A stretch of DNA of 64,000 bases, from assembly GCA_964437365.1 (NCBI GenBank), contig CAYTGM010000021.1, positions 2,522 to 66,521 on the forward strand, given 5' to 3'. The stretch comes from an uncultured Candidatus Sumerlaeota bacterium (GTDB lineage: Bacteria > Sumerlaeota > Sumerlaeia > SLMS01). Positions 38,604 to 49,340 of the stretch are shown in pieces; position 1 is the first letter of the stretch; the number at the start of each line of letters is the position of its first letter. The position numbers were made by a program, and so were the translations under genes. The notes beneath the pieces were generated by a model. That model was given only the letters and a program-made list of their open reading frames with translations, searched no databases and was not told the DNA's origin.

Positions 38604-41342
38604 GTGGAAGAAAAGCCTGATCATAAGCAACAGATCCATTCAAACTTGAACTTCCGGGGTCCCTGGGAGATCATACTGTCTGTTCTCCTTATTGTCCTTT
38701 TCTACCGCACTTTCCTGACAGGGATTCCCATTGGAACAGATAACTCCCTGATATACGCGCCGTTTTTCTCGATCCAACTACAGAACGGCAGCCTGCCATT
38801 GTGGCACCCCTACCCTGCCGGCGGTCTTTCTCTCTTGAGCAACTTTCAGGCTGCGATGCTCTATCCATTGAGAGTTCCCTTCTATTTTCTTGAAGATTGG
38901 CGAAGTTATTATCCACTCTTCACACTCATCCATTACTTTGTTGGTTTTGCCGGCACTTCCCTTTGGGTCAGTAACTATACAACGAGTCGTACCTCAGCCT
39001 GCCTCGGTGGACTCTTCTTTTCCCTGGGAGGGCACATGGCAGGAAGAGTTCTCAATCCAACGATCTTTTACAGTGCCTGCTGGGTCCCATGGCTTCTTTT
39101 CGCAGCAAGTGGTAACAAACAGAGAAATTACTGGGCGTTTCTGCTGTCTCTCTTCATGATTATGTCTATCGGATCTCCTCACAGTCTGTTTTACGGAGCG
39201 GTGGGATTTGCTATACAGATTTTTCTTAATCAGTACGGCAGGTGGAATCTGAAATATCTCCTCTCCTATCTGGTGTATGGAGTACCGGCCATACTCCTGG
39301 CCTCGCCCACTTTTTTTTCTGGCTTATCCAGTGTTTCGCAGACATTAAGAACAGGCGCTGACACGACAACAAACCTGTCAGATTCACTGACATGGTCAGA
39401 AATACCTTCCTCTCTTCTCGGGGGAACGGGAGGTGCCCTCTATCCAGAATACCTCGACAAGACTTGTTATATGGGGCTCCCTGCTGTTGTGCTGATTGCT
39501 GTATCACTTTTGCGGAAAGACCCTTGGACAAATCGGGGATGGTTGGCGGGAATTTCTATTACCCTACTCGGTTTCCTTTTCTCTCTTGGAGAAAACATTG
39601 GGCTCCAGTATATGATGCCGTATATTCCCGGCTATAATAGATTAGCGGGGCCTTGTCGTGCATTGATGCTCAGCTCTGCTGGACTCTCTCTACTTGTTGT
39701 CCTCGCCGTTGATTATATCGTTTCTGAGAATCGATGGAAAGTGCTTCTTGGTGTTTTTTGTAGCTTCACCTTGTTGGGGACAGCAGGGTTTCTGCTGAGA
39801 ATTCAGAAGTTCGCATCTGAGGAAGCCCCGGGGGCGTTTGGATGGATGAAAGCGTGGATACTTGCTCCTGATGCGGTTTTTCCATATGTCTATACGTTTC
39901 TCTCGGTAGCCGTCTGGTCTTTTCTGGGAGTGTTGGTTGCCATCATCCTCTGCAAAAAAAGAACCAGCGAAGCTGCAAAGTCACTAACTCTAGCTTGTCT
40001 TATGATCTTCCCACTATTTCAGTTTTCCCCAAGAGTTCTCCCTGAAACGAGATCGGCAAGTTTTTTCGACGCTCCAGAGTCTGTCAGCTATGTGCAATTG
40101 AAAAGTGTTGAAGCAGAGAATCATCCGTTTCGAGTGACAGGCTTTGATCCTTTGAGATATCACGCCAGCGACTTTACCGAGACTCATGCGCGACACTACC
40201 TTGTCCCTAACCTGTCGTCACTTTATGATCTGGAAGATATACAGGGATTCGATCCGCTTATTCGTGGAAGTTATGTGAAACTGGTCGAGAGGACAAGCGG
40301 TCGAGCCGGCTTTGACGATCCGATTAGAAATGTTCAGATTGCGAAGCCCGATGAAACACTCTTTCGACTGCTGGGGGTGAAATACCTTCTTGGTCATCCG
40401 GGAGATCGACATCTTGAACAAAATGGATTTCTTCTAAGCCAACAGGGAGCAGGCAAAACACTCGGTCTGGGAAATGAAGAAGAACTCATCAGTGCACTGC
40501 ACTTTGTTACTTTTGTGGATGGACGTGTGAAAGATTATCCTCCTGGTATGACCGTCGCACAGGTGACGGTGGAAGGATCAGAGAAAACTGTGACTCTTCC
40601 TGTACGACTTGGAATTGAAACCTCTCATGCCCACGCCTTGAACGAAGTCATCGGCCTCGATCCCAAACTTGCCGAGGTACGACGTCATGCCGAGTGGAAG
40701 TATCGAGCTCCCCTGCCCGATGGAATGGGGTATCGACTTGATATCGCCAATTATCGCGGAATTATTTCCCTGCCAGAGCCCATGAGAGTGAGGCAGATTA
40801 CCTGGCAGCTGATGATTCCTGTTAAACTTCAGGTGTTTACCCAGGGATATCGTGTGGCAGGTTACGAAGATCATCCAGAGTGGGAGCTTGTCCATGCTTC
40901 CTATCCACCAGTTTACGAATTTAAGCGGGCTCTACCCCGCTTCACTCTTTCTGATCTTAATGCTGAAGAATTAGAATCTATCGATTCACCGGAAGAACTG
41001 TTAGATCATCTGAAAGTACCAGAGAAGACATTTCTTAAGAGCTATACGGGGCAGCAGATTGAGGCTTCCTTGCCCGCGGATGGCAAGAGCCTGATTCTTC
41101 ATCAGCCTTTCGACTTTGCACGAAGAGTCTTCGCTGGAAATGAGCGCTTGGAATGCTTTCCTGTTCTCGATGGAAATCTGACAGCAGTGAAACTTCCTGA
41201 AGACCGCGCTTCAGAAGAGGATATCTTAATTGCTTATCGTGCACCAGGCTGGGCGAGCTATACAACGATTCTGGGATGGCTGGTGGTTTTTGTTCTTGCG
41301 ATGGCAGGGTTTAATCGTGGGCGTGAGAATAAGAGTCGTTGA
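38604..41342 (+). CDS. YfhO-like GT-C membrane glycosyltransferase
   Basis: LPLWHPY..GG......Q...LYP, many TM segments, QGFDPL, LGVKYL, C-terminal TM. Confidence 0.72.
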   Translation: MEEKPDHKQQIHSNLNFRGPWEIILSVLLIVLFYRTFLTGIPIGTDNSLIYAPFFSIQLQNGSLPLWHPYPAGGLSLLSNFQAAMLYPLRVPFYFLEDWRSYYPLFTLIHYFVGFAGTSLWVSNYTTSRTSACLGGLFFSLGGHMAGRVLNPTIFYSACWVPWLLFAASGNKQRNYWAFLLSLFMIMSIGSPHSLFYGAVGFAIQIFLNQYGRWNLKYLLSYLVYGVPAILLASPTFFSGLSSVSQTLRTGADTTTNLSDSLTWSEIPSSLLGGTGGALYPEYLDKTCYMGLPAVVLIAVSLLRKDPWTNRGWLAGISITLLGFLFSLGENIGLQYMMPYIPGYNRLAGPCRALMLSSAGLSLLVVLAVDYIVSENRWKVLLGVFCSFTLLGTAGFLLRIQKFASEEAPGAFGWMKAWILAPDAVFPYVYTFLSVAVWSFLGVLVAIILCKKRTSEAAKSLTLACLMIFPLFQFSPRVLPETRSASFFDAPESVSYVQLKSVEAENHPFRVTGFDPLRYHASDFTETHARHYLVPNLSSLYDLEDIQGFDPLIRGSYVKLVERTSGRAGFDDPIRNVQIAKPDETLFRLLGVKYLLGHPGDRHLEQNGFLLSQQGAGKTLGLGNEEELISALHFVTFVDGRVKDYPPGMTVAQVTVEGSEKTVTLPVRLGIETSHAHALNEVIGLDPKLAEVRRHAEWKYRAPLPDGMGYRLDIANYRGIISLPEPMRVRQITWQLMIPVKLQVFTQGYRVAGYEDHPEWELVHASYPPVYEFKRALPRFTLSDLNAEELESIDSPEELLDHLKVPEKTFLKSYTGQQIEASLPADGKSLILHQPFDFARRVFAGNERLECFPVLDGNLTAVKLPEDRASEEDILIAYRAPGWASYTTILGWLVVFVLAMAGFNRGRENKSR

Positions 41343-41447
41343 AGGGTTTCCGCAGTCTTATTCTTATGCTTTACTCAACTCTACCAGATCAGCGAAAAAG
41401 AAAATCTGCCATACTATGGGTCTGCTCGATAAGGCCAGCGACGACGA

Positions 41448-44024
41448 TTATCCGCTGACCCAAGGGGTTTCATGCCCCTCTTGAAAACGGCTTTCCCTGA
41501 AATGAAAAGTTAACGGAATGGATTCTCTTAAGACTCCATCGCGGCCTTTAGCAATGATCAGTTTGCTGAAAGCTGTTCCGTGAGCTTTCAGTTTGATCTG
41601 TTTTTCATTCATCGCTTCGTCCCACTCTTTACGCTTCTGCATGCTGTTTGCCGGAGGGCGTTTATCCATACTCAAAGCAGTGGCCAGCTCTTCATTGTCC
41701 AACGGTTGGAAGAGGAAGACAATGTCGGGTGTATACGTTCCCCGGGCGGAACCCATCACGTCAGCCAGATCGGATGCCCAGCCCATCTTCTCGCTTGGTT
41801 TACGCGCTTCAGAAATCACCATGACGGGATCTCCTTCGCCCATATCTCTTAGAGTTTTCATGGCACCTATACGCCACTTATCAGCTTCAAGCTCACTCCT
41901 AATGGAACCTTGAAGATGATTAGGAATTGGCCAGACCTGAAGATAGTCGACTAGAATAAAGGCACGTTTAGCACCTGTGCGAGTCTTGAGTGCATTGAGC
42001 TCGTAATAGATCTTCTCAAGATTGGGTTCTGGGAAATTCCGCTCATCGAGAACACAAACACGAGGACCGATATCTCTGAGAGCTTTCTCTGCCTGATCAA
42101 GGCGTTCAATCTCATCTGGTGTAAAAAAGACTTCACGTCCTCTGCCCCGCACCTGACCTGCAGTCGGATGACCAAACACGAGTGTCTTCCAGTCTATACG
42201 AGCAAGTCGACATTTGATGCGAGAGAGAATATCCCAGCGGGTCATTTCAAGCGAGACAAATAGAAAGCAGGCGTCTGGGTTAGAAAGGACTATATCTGTT
42301 CCCAATTGAACGGAAAGTGCCGTCTTTCCAACATTCGGCATGGCAGCAAGAAGCATCAACCCTCGAAGGCCGAGAGTGGCATTGTCCAGGAGTGGAAGTG
42401 TCTTCTGGGGAAGTCCGATATACTCAGACCCGCGCCACCGCTGCAGGCGCTGCTCGTGCTGATCAAGCTCTTCCGCGAGCGATTTGATCGGTTCTGCTTT
42501 GAGAACACGCTCGCGAGCGCGCAGCTGATCAATGCCTGTTGAAAGAAGATCTTTCGCTGCTTTAAGATCCTTTTTTTCCAGCTGCTGAGCCGCTGTGTGC
42601 ACCAGTCGTCTATATTCGGCGAACTCTTTCTCCTGCTGAGCTTTCAGCCGAAGTTCTTCCCGGTACTTAAAGATCGCTGACTCATCTAAGCCGGAATCTT
42701 CCATCAATGCCGGCCAGAAGAAAGTCTTAAGGTCGAGGGCATGATTTGAACCTTGAATAGAACTATCGAATTTCAAAGAGACATCGAGAAGTTGTCGAAG
42801 AGAATAGTCATCCCATCCTGCAGGCGGTTTGAAAACGTCGAGAAAGTGTTGCGCAATATAGCGCAGACCATGGATGCGTCGAGCCATCAATTCTTTAAGA
42901 GGGGCGATGTCTCCTTGATGGTGTCGAATGAACTCGTCGGGATCTTTGGCATCACCCAGAAGTGCCGATTCGATGACGTACACATGCGGGGCTTTGCGGG
43001 CCGTATAGGCGTTCTCAAGAGCTTTGACGGTCCCCTCTTCTCCTGCGGTGTCGCGATCAAGAAGAAGAGTGACTGATTCGATCCGAGAATCAAAGAGCTG
43101 CTCGAATTTCTTAGAACTTAACACAGATCCTGCCCCACCAAGTCCGGCAACTTCTTTATAGCCGTTAGCCTGGATCAGGAGGACATCAATGACTCCTTCT
43201 ACAAGAAGTAGATTGCTGAGTGGTGTGTAGCCATTTCTGGCACTACTCAGTCCGATGGGAGGAAGATCGCTCTTCGAGCTTCCTCTTAGATACAGATATT
43301 TCGGCTGTGATTCTTCGTCCGGTGCCCGGGCAACGATCGTTCCGATCGATCCATGAAGGTCTCGCCAGGCAATGAGAAGTCGTCCTTCCCACAATGTTGC
43401 CGGATCCCCTTTCTTATCTGTAACGAGGCCTGAGTTTTCTATTTCTTCTTTGCTGAAGCCTTTTTCTTTCAACGACCTTTTAACAGAATCAACCGTTGTA
43501 TAGATACCGACATCTAGAGAATTGAGCTGATCAGGCTTAAAGCCTCTTTTTTCGACCAGATATTGCCTGGTTTTCTCGATGTTTGGGTGAGTACCTGAGA
43601 GAAGCGCTTGATGTGCGCCTTCGAAGAAGACTTCCAGAAGATGTTTCCGCGTTTCTTTTGTCTGTATATCTCGCCTGAGTTCTTCCGATATGTTACGTTC
43701 CGGCATGGAAACCCCAGCCAGCTGAGCGAGTGTCTTGACCGATTTCCAGTAATCCTCTCCTCGCGGCCATTGTCCTCCGTTCACATAGGCAAGCCAGCCG
43801 ATGAAATCCCCGCCGTGAATTTTGAAACCCCAGGGGGTCTGCTGCCAGACTTCAACGCGGTCGGGACGCGGGTTTCCTGGAAGACTTTTTGTAAACTCTC
43901 GCTGAGTAGCTCGCCATCCCGTGGGCGATCTCTCGAAGCCAAACTCCGGGAAGGCTTCGCCAATGCGATCAAAGAGTGCCTGATAGATTGTCGAAAGAAG
44001 CTGTTCTGAATCCAAGAGGACCAA
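41448..44024 (-). CDS. DnaG-type TOPRIM primase fused to DnaB-like SF4 helicase
   Basis: YLVEKRG, GRLLIAWRD..G, PKYL, VEGVID, LDRDTAG, KDPDE; helicase motifs AAMPNVGKT, SLEM, ILVDYLQ, AKGRDG. Confidence 0.88.
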   Translation of the reverse strand: MVLLDSEQLLSTIYQALFDRIGEAFPEFGFERSPTGWRATQREFTKSLPGNPRPDRVEVWQQTPWGFKIHGGDFIGWLAYVNGGQWPRGEDYWKSVKTLAQLAGVSMPERNISEELRRDIQTKETRKHLLEVFFEGAHQALLSGTHPNIEKTRQYLVEKRGFKPDQLNSLDVGIYTTVDSVKRSLKEKGFSKEEIENSGLVTDKKGDPATLWEGRLLIAWRDLHGSIGTIVARAPDEESQPKYLYLRGSSKSDLPPIGLSSARNGYTPLSNLLLVEGVIDVLLIQANGYKEVAGLGGAGSVLSSKKFEQLFDSRIESVTLLLDRDTAGEEGTVKALENAYTARKAPHVYVIESALLGDAKDPDEFIRHHQGDIAPLKELMARRIHGLRYIAQHFLDVFKPPAGWDDYSLRQLLDVSLKFDSSIQGSNHALDLKTFFWPALMEDSGLDESAIFKYREELRLKAQQEKEFAEYRRLVHTAAQQLEKKDLKAAKDLLSTGIDQLRARERVLKAEPIKSLAEELDQHEQRLQRWRGSEYIGLPQKTLPLLDNATLGLRGLMLLAAMPNVGKTALSVQLGTDIVLSNPDACFLFVSLEMTRWDILSRIKCRLARIDWKTLVFGHPTAGQVRGRGREVFFTPDEIERLDQAEKALRDIGPRVCVLDERNFPEPNLEKIYYELNALKTRTGAKRAFILVDYLQVWPIPNHLQGSIRSELEADKWRIGAMKTLRDMGEGDPVMVISEARKPSEKMGWASDLADVMGSARGTYTPDIVFLFQPLDNEELATALSMDKRPPANSMQKRKEWDEAMNEKQIKLKAHGTAFSKLIIAKGRDGVLRESIPLTFHFRESRFQEGHETPWVSG

Positions 44025-44342
44025 TCCTTGTAGTCTTTTAGCACATACCCAGCATCTTCAGGGCTGAAATTAGTTAAGCGATTAAACCTTCACCATAGTG
44101 AGAGCCAGATACATATGGAATGAAGAGAAAAGAGTGCAACTGCTTTCACTTCAAAGCTCTGAACTCACTTAATTGATGGTGATGAATAAACTGAATTCCA
44201 TCATTTGAAGGCGCTTATAAGCGGGAATTGAAGAAAATCGGTTGCTGTCTTCCCGGCGCGTGGGCGACTTAATCATCCATAATCTAATGGCTTTGTGCCG
44301 CATCAAGATGAGACCTCACTCATACGGAAAGTTTAGTTAGTT

Positions 44343-45368
44343 ATGGCAAAGACTGCACTCATTACCGGTATCACTGGACAGGATGGTAGCTATCTCACAG
44401 AGCTGCTCCTGGAAAAGGGGTACACGGTTCACGGAATCGTTCGTCGTTCCTCCAGTTTTAATCGAGAAAGAATCGATTCGATCCACGTGGATGAACACTC
44501 ACCTGAAGCACGCGTTTTCCTTCACTATGGTGATCTGGCTGATGGCTCTTGCCTGCAGCATATTATCGAAGAGTCCAAACCTGATGAGATCTATAACCTC
44601 GCTGCTCAATCGCACGTTCGCGTGAGTTTTGACAAACCCGAGTATACAGCGGATGTAACGGGTCTTGGAACGCTTAGATTGCTCGAAGCTGCACGTCGTG
44701 TTGCTCCTAAAGCACGCTTTTACCAGGCATCTTCCTCAGAAATGTTTGGTGGTGTTCAGGAACAGGCTCAGTCCGAAGACACACCCTTCCACCCTCGAAG
44801 CCCCTACGCCGTTGCAAAGGTCTATTCCTACTGGCAGACCATCAACCATCGCGAAGCCTACGGAATGCATGCAAGCAATGGTATTCTGTTTAACCATGAG
44901 TCGCCTCGTCGCGGAGAAGCCTTTGTAACACGTAAAGTGACACTTGGGGCTGCCCGTATCAAGAAAGGCCTTCAGAAGCGATTATACATGGGTAATCTTG
45001 ATGCGAGAAGAGACTGGGGCTTTGCTGGTGACTACGTTGAAGCGATGTGGCTGATGCTCCAGCAGGATGAAGCAGATGATTATGTAGTGGCTACCGGTGA
45101 GACTCAGTCTGTGAAAGAGCTTCTCGAAGTTGCTTTCGAGTGTGTGGGTCTTGACTGGCAGGATTATGTCTCGATCGATAAGAAGTACTATCGCCCAAGT
45201 GAAGTGGACTTCCTGCTTGGCGATCCCGCAAAGGCTAAGAAGAAGTTGAACTGGGAACCTAAGGTTTCGTTCAAGGAATTGGTCAAGATGATGGTTGAAT
45301 CAGATCTTCAGTTGGCCGAGGAAGAAATGAAGCTGGCAGAATTGAGACAGCAGAGAATTTCTTCCTGA
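44343..45368 (+). CDS. gmd: GDP-mannose 4,6-dehydratase
   Basis: [48 protein letters not shown]. Confidence 0.97.
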   Translation: MAKTALITGITGQDGSYLTELLLEKGYTVHGIVRRSSSFNRERIDSIHVDEHSPEARVFLHYGDLADGSCLQHIIEESKPDEIYNLAAQSHVRVSFDKPEYTADVTGLGTLRLLEAARRVAPKARFYQASSSEMFGGVQEQAQSEDTPFHPRSPYAVAKVYSYWQTINHREAYGMHASNGILFNHESPRRGEAFVTRKVTLGAARIKKGLQKRLYMGNLDARRDWGFAGDYVEAMWLMLQQDEADDYVVATGETQSVKELLEVAFECVGLDWQDYVSIDKKYYRPSEVDFLLGDPAKAKKKLNWEPKVSFKELVKMMVESDLQLAEEEMKLAELRQQRISS

Positions 45369-45398
45369 TTAGCAGGATAAGTTAAGGTCCTGGACCAG

Positions 45399-45433
45399 AA
45401 ATCCCCGCTCAGAGATGAGCGGGGATTTTCTTT
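45399..45433. terminator. Bidirectional intrinsic terminator
   Basis: 13-bp stem aaatccccgctca/tgagcggggattt between convergent gmd and the pilX-like gene. Confidence 0.8.
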
Positions 45434-45452
45434 GCTCGATGTGCACGGGGCA

Positions 45453-47627
45453 TCAAGGTTTGTTCGCGATGGCGTAATTGATACCGATCGGTTCCATCGG
45501 ATAATCTTTCACTTCTACGAGGGCAGGCATTCCCGGAGGAGGTGTTGAGCCTTTAAGTGACTCATCCCAGTTGTAGTTACGGGTTGGAGGGTCGTAGTAA
45601 CCTTTACCGTCACAGCAACGATACTTATGCATGGCGACAGGACTTTGGAAGAGGACAAGTATTGAACCATTGTAGTTGTGTGTCTTGTTCCAGTTTTCAA
45701 GATACCGCATCACATTGTGCGCTCCTCCGCTGCCAAGCAGGCGTGAGGTAGGATCGTCTTTGTTTTCATACACAGCTGATGTATCTCCCATGAGAAATAT
45801 CGTATTCGTTTCAATATTTCCGACAGGCTTCGAATACCACTGGTTCTTATCCCAACTGAATTCATCTTCTCTCCAGTCATTCCCCATATCGCGCGTATAG
45901 CCTCTTGCTCTCGTGGCTCCAGCAGGAAAATTGGGATCATCTGAATCAAGGATTGTGAAGAGTTCGTCCTCAGAGGTATCAGGTTTTCCGTCACCGTTCA
46001 GATCCTTTGTGGCGAGCCAGTGAGGAGTCGAGGTTACGGTCATCGAATCACCTCCGATAACAGCAGTAACGCGATCATCAACGTCCTTCTTATTGATATC
46101 ACCAACGGTATAGACGGGTCGGTCGCTGTAAAAAGCGAAGGCTCCGGCGCTGTTTTCGGGAAGAGTATCAGCATTTACAACCCGAACAGCAGGCATGTAA
46201 GTGTCTCTGCCATCTGCCATCCATCCTTCAAAACTGACTATAGGTGCTCTTGAGTCCGTATCGAAAACGACATTTCCTTCAGAGTCCAGTACAGGTATGG
46301 GGTCCTGATTTCCTTCTGCCAGAGAATAACTGTCGGTGTCACCCGGAGTTGTACTTACATAAATAACTCCGTTGGATGAAGACCAGTCGATTTCATCCAT
46401 GTCGTTTAGAGCACCCATGTCTATATCAAGGGTTCGAACAGTAGTCTGCTGATGCCCATCGTAGAATTCGCCTACTGAAACGACATCATTGACAACAGAG
46501 CTGTCCAGTTCGGTCAGTGTTCTTTCATAGCTGTCATTGACAGTTTGAAGCCACATGCGTATTGTACTTGGATCTCCAGGATCACCTGTAACGATGATAT
46601 CAGCAAGGTATTCCAATTTTGAACGTTTCAGCTCTGCTGTATCATTTTCTGAATCTGCTCTTCGGAACATGTCATACATATTCGAGCCGGTAGGAAGGGG
46701 TGGTCTGATGGGATTAATGCCATGCGCTGAATCCATCATTTGAGATTTCCATCGATCAAGTGCCGCCTGAAACCAGCCTTCATCAAGGTGATCCAGATAA
46801 TCATCACCGTTGTGAGGCTCGGGAGGGGAAGACATATCTACCCACGAACTGCCCGCTCCAGGATTATATTTGTCATCTGGCACTTTGACTTCAACTTTGC
46901 CTCCCTGGCTACTGCCATCATTTCCACGAAACCGATAGATATTCTTTGCACTGGTCACTTTTTCATGGAAACGAACCGTATCTACAGCCGAGAGATACAT
47001 ATTATCATTTGAATGAACGCGTCCCCGAACATTCATCGTTGGACCCGGGTGAAGCTCCATTGTTTCTTCGTAGAAGATGGCAAATGCATAGAGGGGAATA
47101 TAATCGAGTGTAACTCTTCGTTTAACACCTGCTCCTTTGAATCCCAAAGTGTCTGCATTATTAGTGGTTTCTCGAGCGAAAGTCACCAGTTCATAATCCA
47201 ATCGGGCTGTCTTGTACCCGTACCAGTCGTCAGTGGGATTTGTAATCTCTTCGAATTCAAAGGTGTTGCTACCAATAGGGCGTATGTAAGAGAGCAGTTC
47301 ATCATCGGTGTCAGTGACAAGGTCTGCTCCTTTAGGAGCTCGCGGCTCTATGTTATAGACAACATCATCCAGTACGAGGTAGTCACCACCGGTCTGGTTC
47401 GGAGGGTTGGTTGTCAGAAGATAGACAACGTTTCTTGAAAAATTCAACATGGAGGCTTTGGCAGCTTCCAGAGAATTTGTATAGAGTCGGGCACGATGAG
47501 TCTGCCGTGTTTCCTGCTGGACATGATACATCATGGCGCCAACAGAAATTGCTAACACGGACACGAAGACAAGACTTAGTATAAAGACTGATCCTCGTTT
47601 AGTTTTGTTGATTCTGTTTCCTTTCAT
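45453..47627 (-). CDS. PilX-like large minor pilin / tip adhesin
   Basis: KRG^SVFILSLV class III-like signal without Glu5; FAIFY, GRVHSN, GGAHNVMRYLENW, YYDPPTRNYNWD, PPG.P. Confidence 0.72.
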   Translation of the reverse strand: MKGNRINKTKRGSVFILSLVFVSVLAISVGAMMYHVQQETRQTHRARLYTNSLEAAKASMLNFSRNVVYLLTTNPPNQTGGDYLVLDDVVYNIEPRAPKGADLVTDTDDELLSYIRPIGSNTFEFEEITNPTDDWYGYKTARLDYELVTFARETTNNADTLGFKGAGVKRRVTLDYIPLYAFAIFYEETMELHPGPTMNVRGRVHSNDNMYLSAVDTVRFHEKVTSAKNIYRFRGNDGSSQGGKVEVKVPDDKYNPGAGSSWVDMSSPPEPHNGDDYLDHLDEGWFQAALDRWKSQMMDSAHGINPIRPPLPTGSNMYDMFRRADSENDTAELKRSKLEYLADIIVTGDPGDPSTIRMWLQTVNDSYERTLTELDSSVVNDVVSVGEFYDGHQQTTVRTLDIDMGALNDMDEIDWSSSNGVIYVSTTPGDTDSYSLAEGNQDPIPVLDSEGNVVFDTDSRAPIVSFEGWMADGRDTYMPAVRVVNADTLPENSAGAFAFYSDRPVYTVGDINKKDVDDRVTAVIGGDSMTVTSTPHWLATKDLNGDGKPDTSEDELFTILDSDDPNFPAGATRARGYTRDMGNDWREDEFSWDKNQWYSKPVGNIETNTIFLMGDTSAVYENKDDPTSRLLGSGGAHNVMRYLENWNKTHNYNGSILVLFQSPVAMHKYRCCDGKGYYDPPTRNYNWDESLKGSTPPPGMPALVEVKDYPMEPIGINYAIANKP

Positions 47628-47687
47628 TTGTTACTTCACCTCATGAAGTTTCGAATCCCGTCTCCCCTGCGAATCATTCGATCGCTC

Positions 47688-48350
47688 TTATCCCTCTGGT
47701 TTGTTGTGGGGAACGATGACCTGCCGAAGTATCAGCCCCTGATATCCGGGACCTGTATACCGGTCATCATCTGAAGGTTCATAGGAACGGTCGCCGATAC
47801 GGACAAATAGTTCAACGTGGTTGCGGCCACCATCGGTCAGCTCTTGAAACACGGGTAACAAATCACCATCTGAGTCTCTCATTCGGGAAACCTGATCGAT
47901 GAAGATTCTTTCCCGACTTTCGACAACATTACCTGAAAAGTCCGTCACCTTTTCAAACAGCACGAGTCTGTTATCATCGAGAGTCTCCGTATTGTTATCA
48001 CCATCAATGTATTCCAGGGTTGTTTCCTTAGAGCGTTTATCGTAGATCACATTTCCACTCTCATCATTCGTGAAGAGTGAATCCACACCGCGAAAGATAA
48101 TCTTGTCGTTGCTGACGAAGACCATGTCACTGGCGCTGGATAACACATTCGTCAGATCCTGTTTGAAAAGGTTGGCGTCTTTTTGAAAACGCTGTTGAAC
48201 TCTGATCCCTTTCAGTGCTCGCGCGTAGAAGATCATCGAACTGACAATCATCACGCTAATGAGGGTAAAGATGGCGACGACGATCAGCATTTCTACAAGG
48301 GAGAACCCTGTACGTTTTGCGATTGTGCCTCTGTTTGGTCTTAAAATCAT
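47688..48350 (-). CDS. PilW-like minor pilin
   Basis: RTG^FSLVEMLIVVAI prepilin motif. Confidence 0.8.
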   Translation of the reverse strand: MILRPNRGTIAKRTGFSLVEMLIVVAIFTLISVMIVSSMIFYARALKGIRVQQRFQKDANLFKQDLTNVLSSASDMVFVSNDKIIFRGVDSLFTNDESGNVIYDKRSKETTLEYIDGDNNTETLDDNRLVLFEKVTDFSGNVVESRERIFIDQVSRMRDSDGDLLPVFQELTDGGRNHVELFVRIGDRSYEPSDDDRYTGPGYQGLILRQVIVPHNKPEG

Positions 48351-48362
48351 TGTATATATTCC

Positions 48363-49061
48363 TTATCCACCAACGTTGTCTGCTGATCGGGGAATCTCAA
48401 TAACTCTTCTAAGAGTTTTGTAGTCTTCTCCATCATCCCACCGGACGGTAAGAACGATTGTCTTACAGTTGTTCAGGACAAAGGTGTCACCAGCCGTGGG
48501 AAGAGGTTTCAAATCTAAAGAAGTACCGCCCGAAAGATCTGTCGTCAGGGTTAGTTTGTTTGATGTGTTGGAGGTGACCCGCGCAATCTGACCAACATTC
48601 TTTGTTGTCGAAAGGATTGTCACATAGGCATCGGTCCATTCGTTCGTGACCCAGTCTTCATGGCCTGTGGGAAGATCCACAGTTATGGAGTTCTCGGTTG
48701 CAGAGGTCACAGTTCCCCAACCCTTTAACTCGAAGAATACTTCGTAGTCTGAGGGCTTGTCTGGATTCTCAGGGTCCAGCTTTACTTCGAGGGGATCTGA
48801 CGAGGTCTTGTTGAAGACGATTTCCAGGTCATCTGAAGATAGACTACTCGAACCGATTTTCTCGTAATCGGCAGCGTAAGCTTTTCCCTGGTAATAGTCT
48901 GCTAATTGGATGGCGCCGTAATGCTCTCGGTTATTCGCATTCTGCCGCAGTGAGGCAATGATGGCACCCATGAATGCGAGGGAGGCGATTGCAAAGATGG
49001 CTGTGGCAATCATCAACTCGATCAGAGTAAAGGCACGGCCCATAGAATTTCTGAAATGCAT
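48363..49061 (-). CDS. PilV-like minor pilin
   Basis: GRA^FTLIELMIATAI prepilin motif, C-terminal LTVRW. Start uncertain (ORF track extends to 49127). Confidence 0.8.
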   Translation of the reverse strand: MHFRNSMGRAFTLIELMIATAIFAIASLAFMGAIIASLRQNANNREHYGAIQLADYYQGKAYAADYEKIGSSSLSSDDLEIVFNKTSSDPLEVKLDPENPDKPSDYEVFFELKGWGTVTSATENSITVDLPTGHEDWVTNEWTDAYVTILSTTKNVGQIARVTSNTSNKLTLTTDLSGGTSLDLKPLPTAGDTFVLNNCKTIVLTVRWDDGEDYKTLRRVIEIPRSADNVGG

Positions 49062-49268
49062 AGTTTTCGGTAACCATATTAATTCTCGTCCCCTCCCCTT
49101 AGAGCAGGAATCGTTGCCTATTCTCACGACAAAGCTCGAATGTTACTTAAACACTATGTTTTCAACACTTTGCAAATCAGACTTCATCATCAAACTACAG
49201 GACATGAATTCATTCGAGCACATAATGTGTGCAGCCTGTACGATTACAGGGGAACAATTTCTGTGATT

Positions 49269-49301
49269 AAAAAAAGAACCGCCCTCACAGGGGAGGACGG
49301 C
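49269..49301 (-). terminator. Intrinsic terminator downstream of the Nfu gene
   Basis: Minus strand reads ccgtcctcccctgtgagggcgg followed by ttcttttttt. Confidence 0.6.
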
Positions 49302-49340
49302 TAGAGTGTTCTATTTGTCGTTTAGTTAAGGTATAATAAA

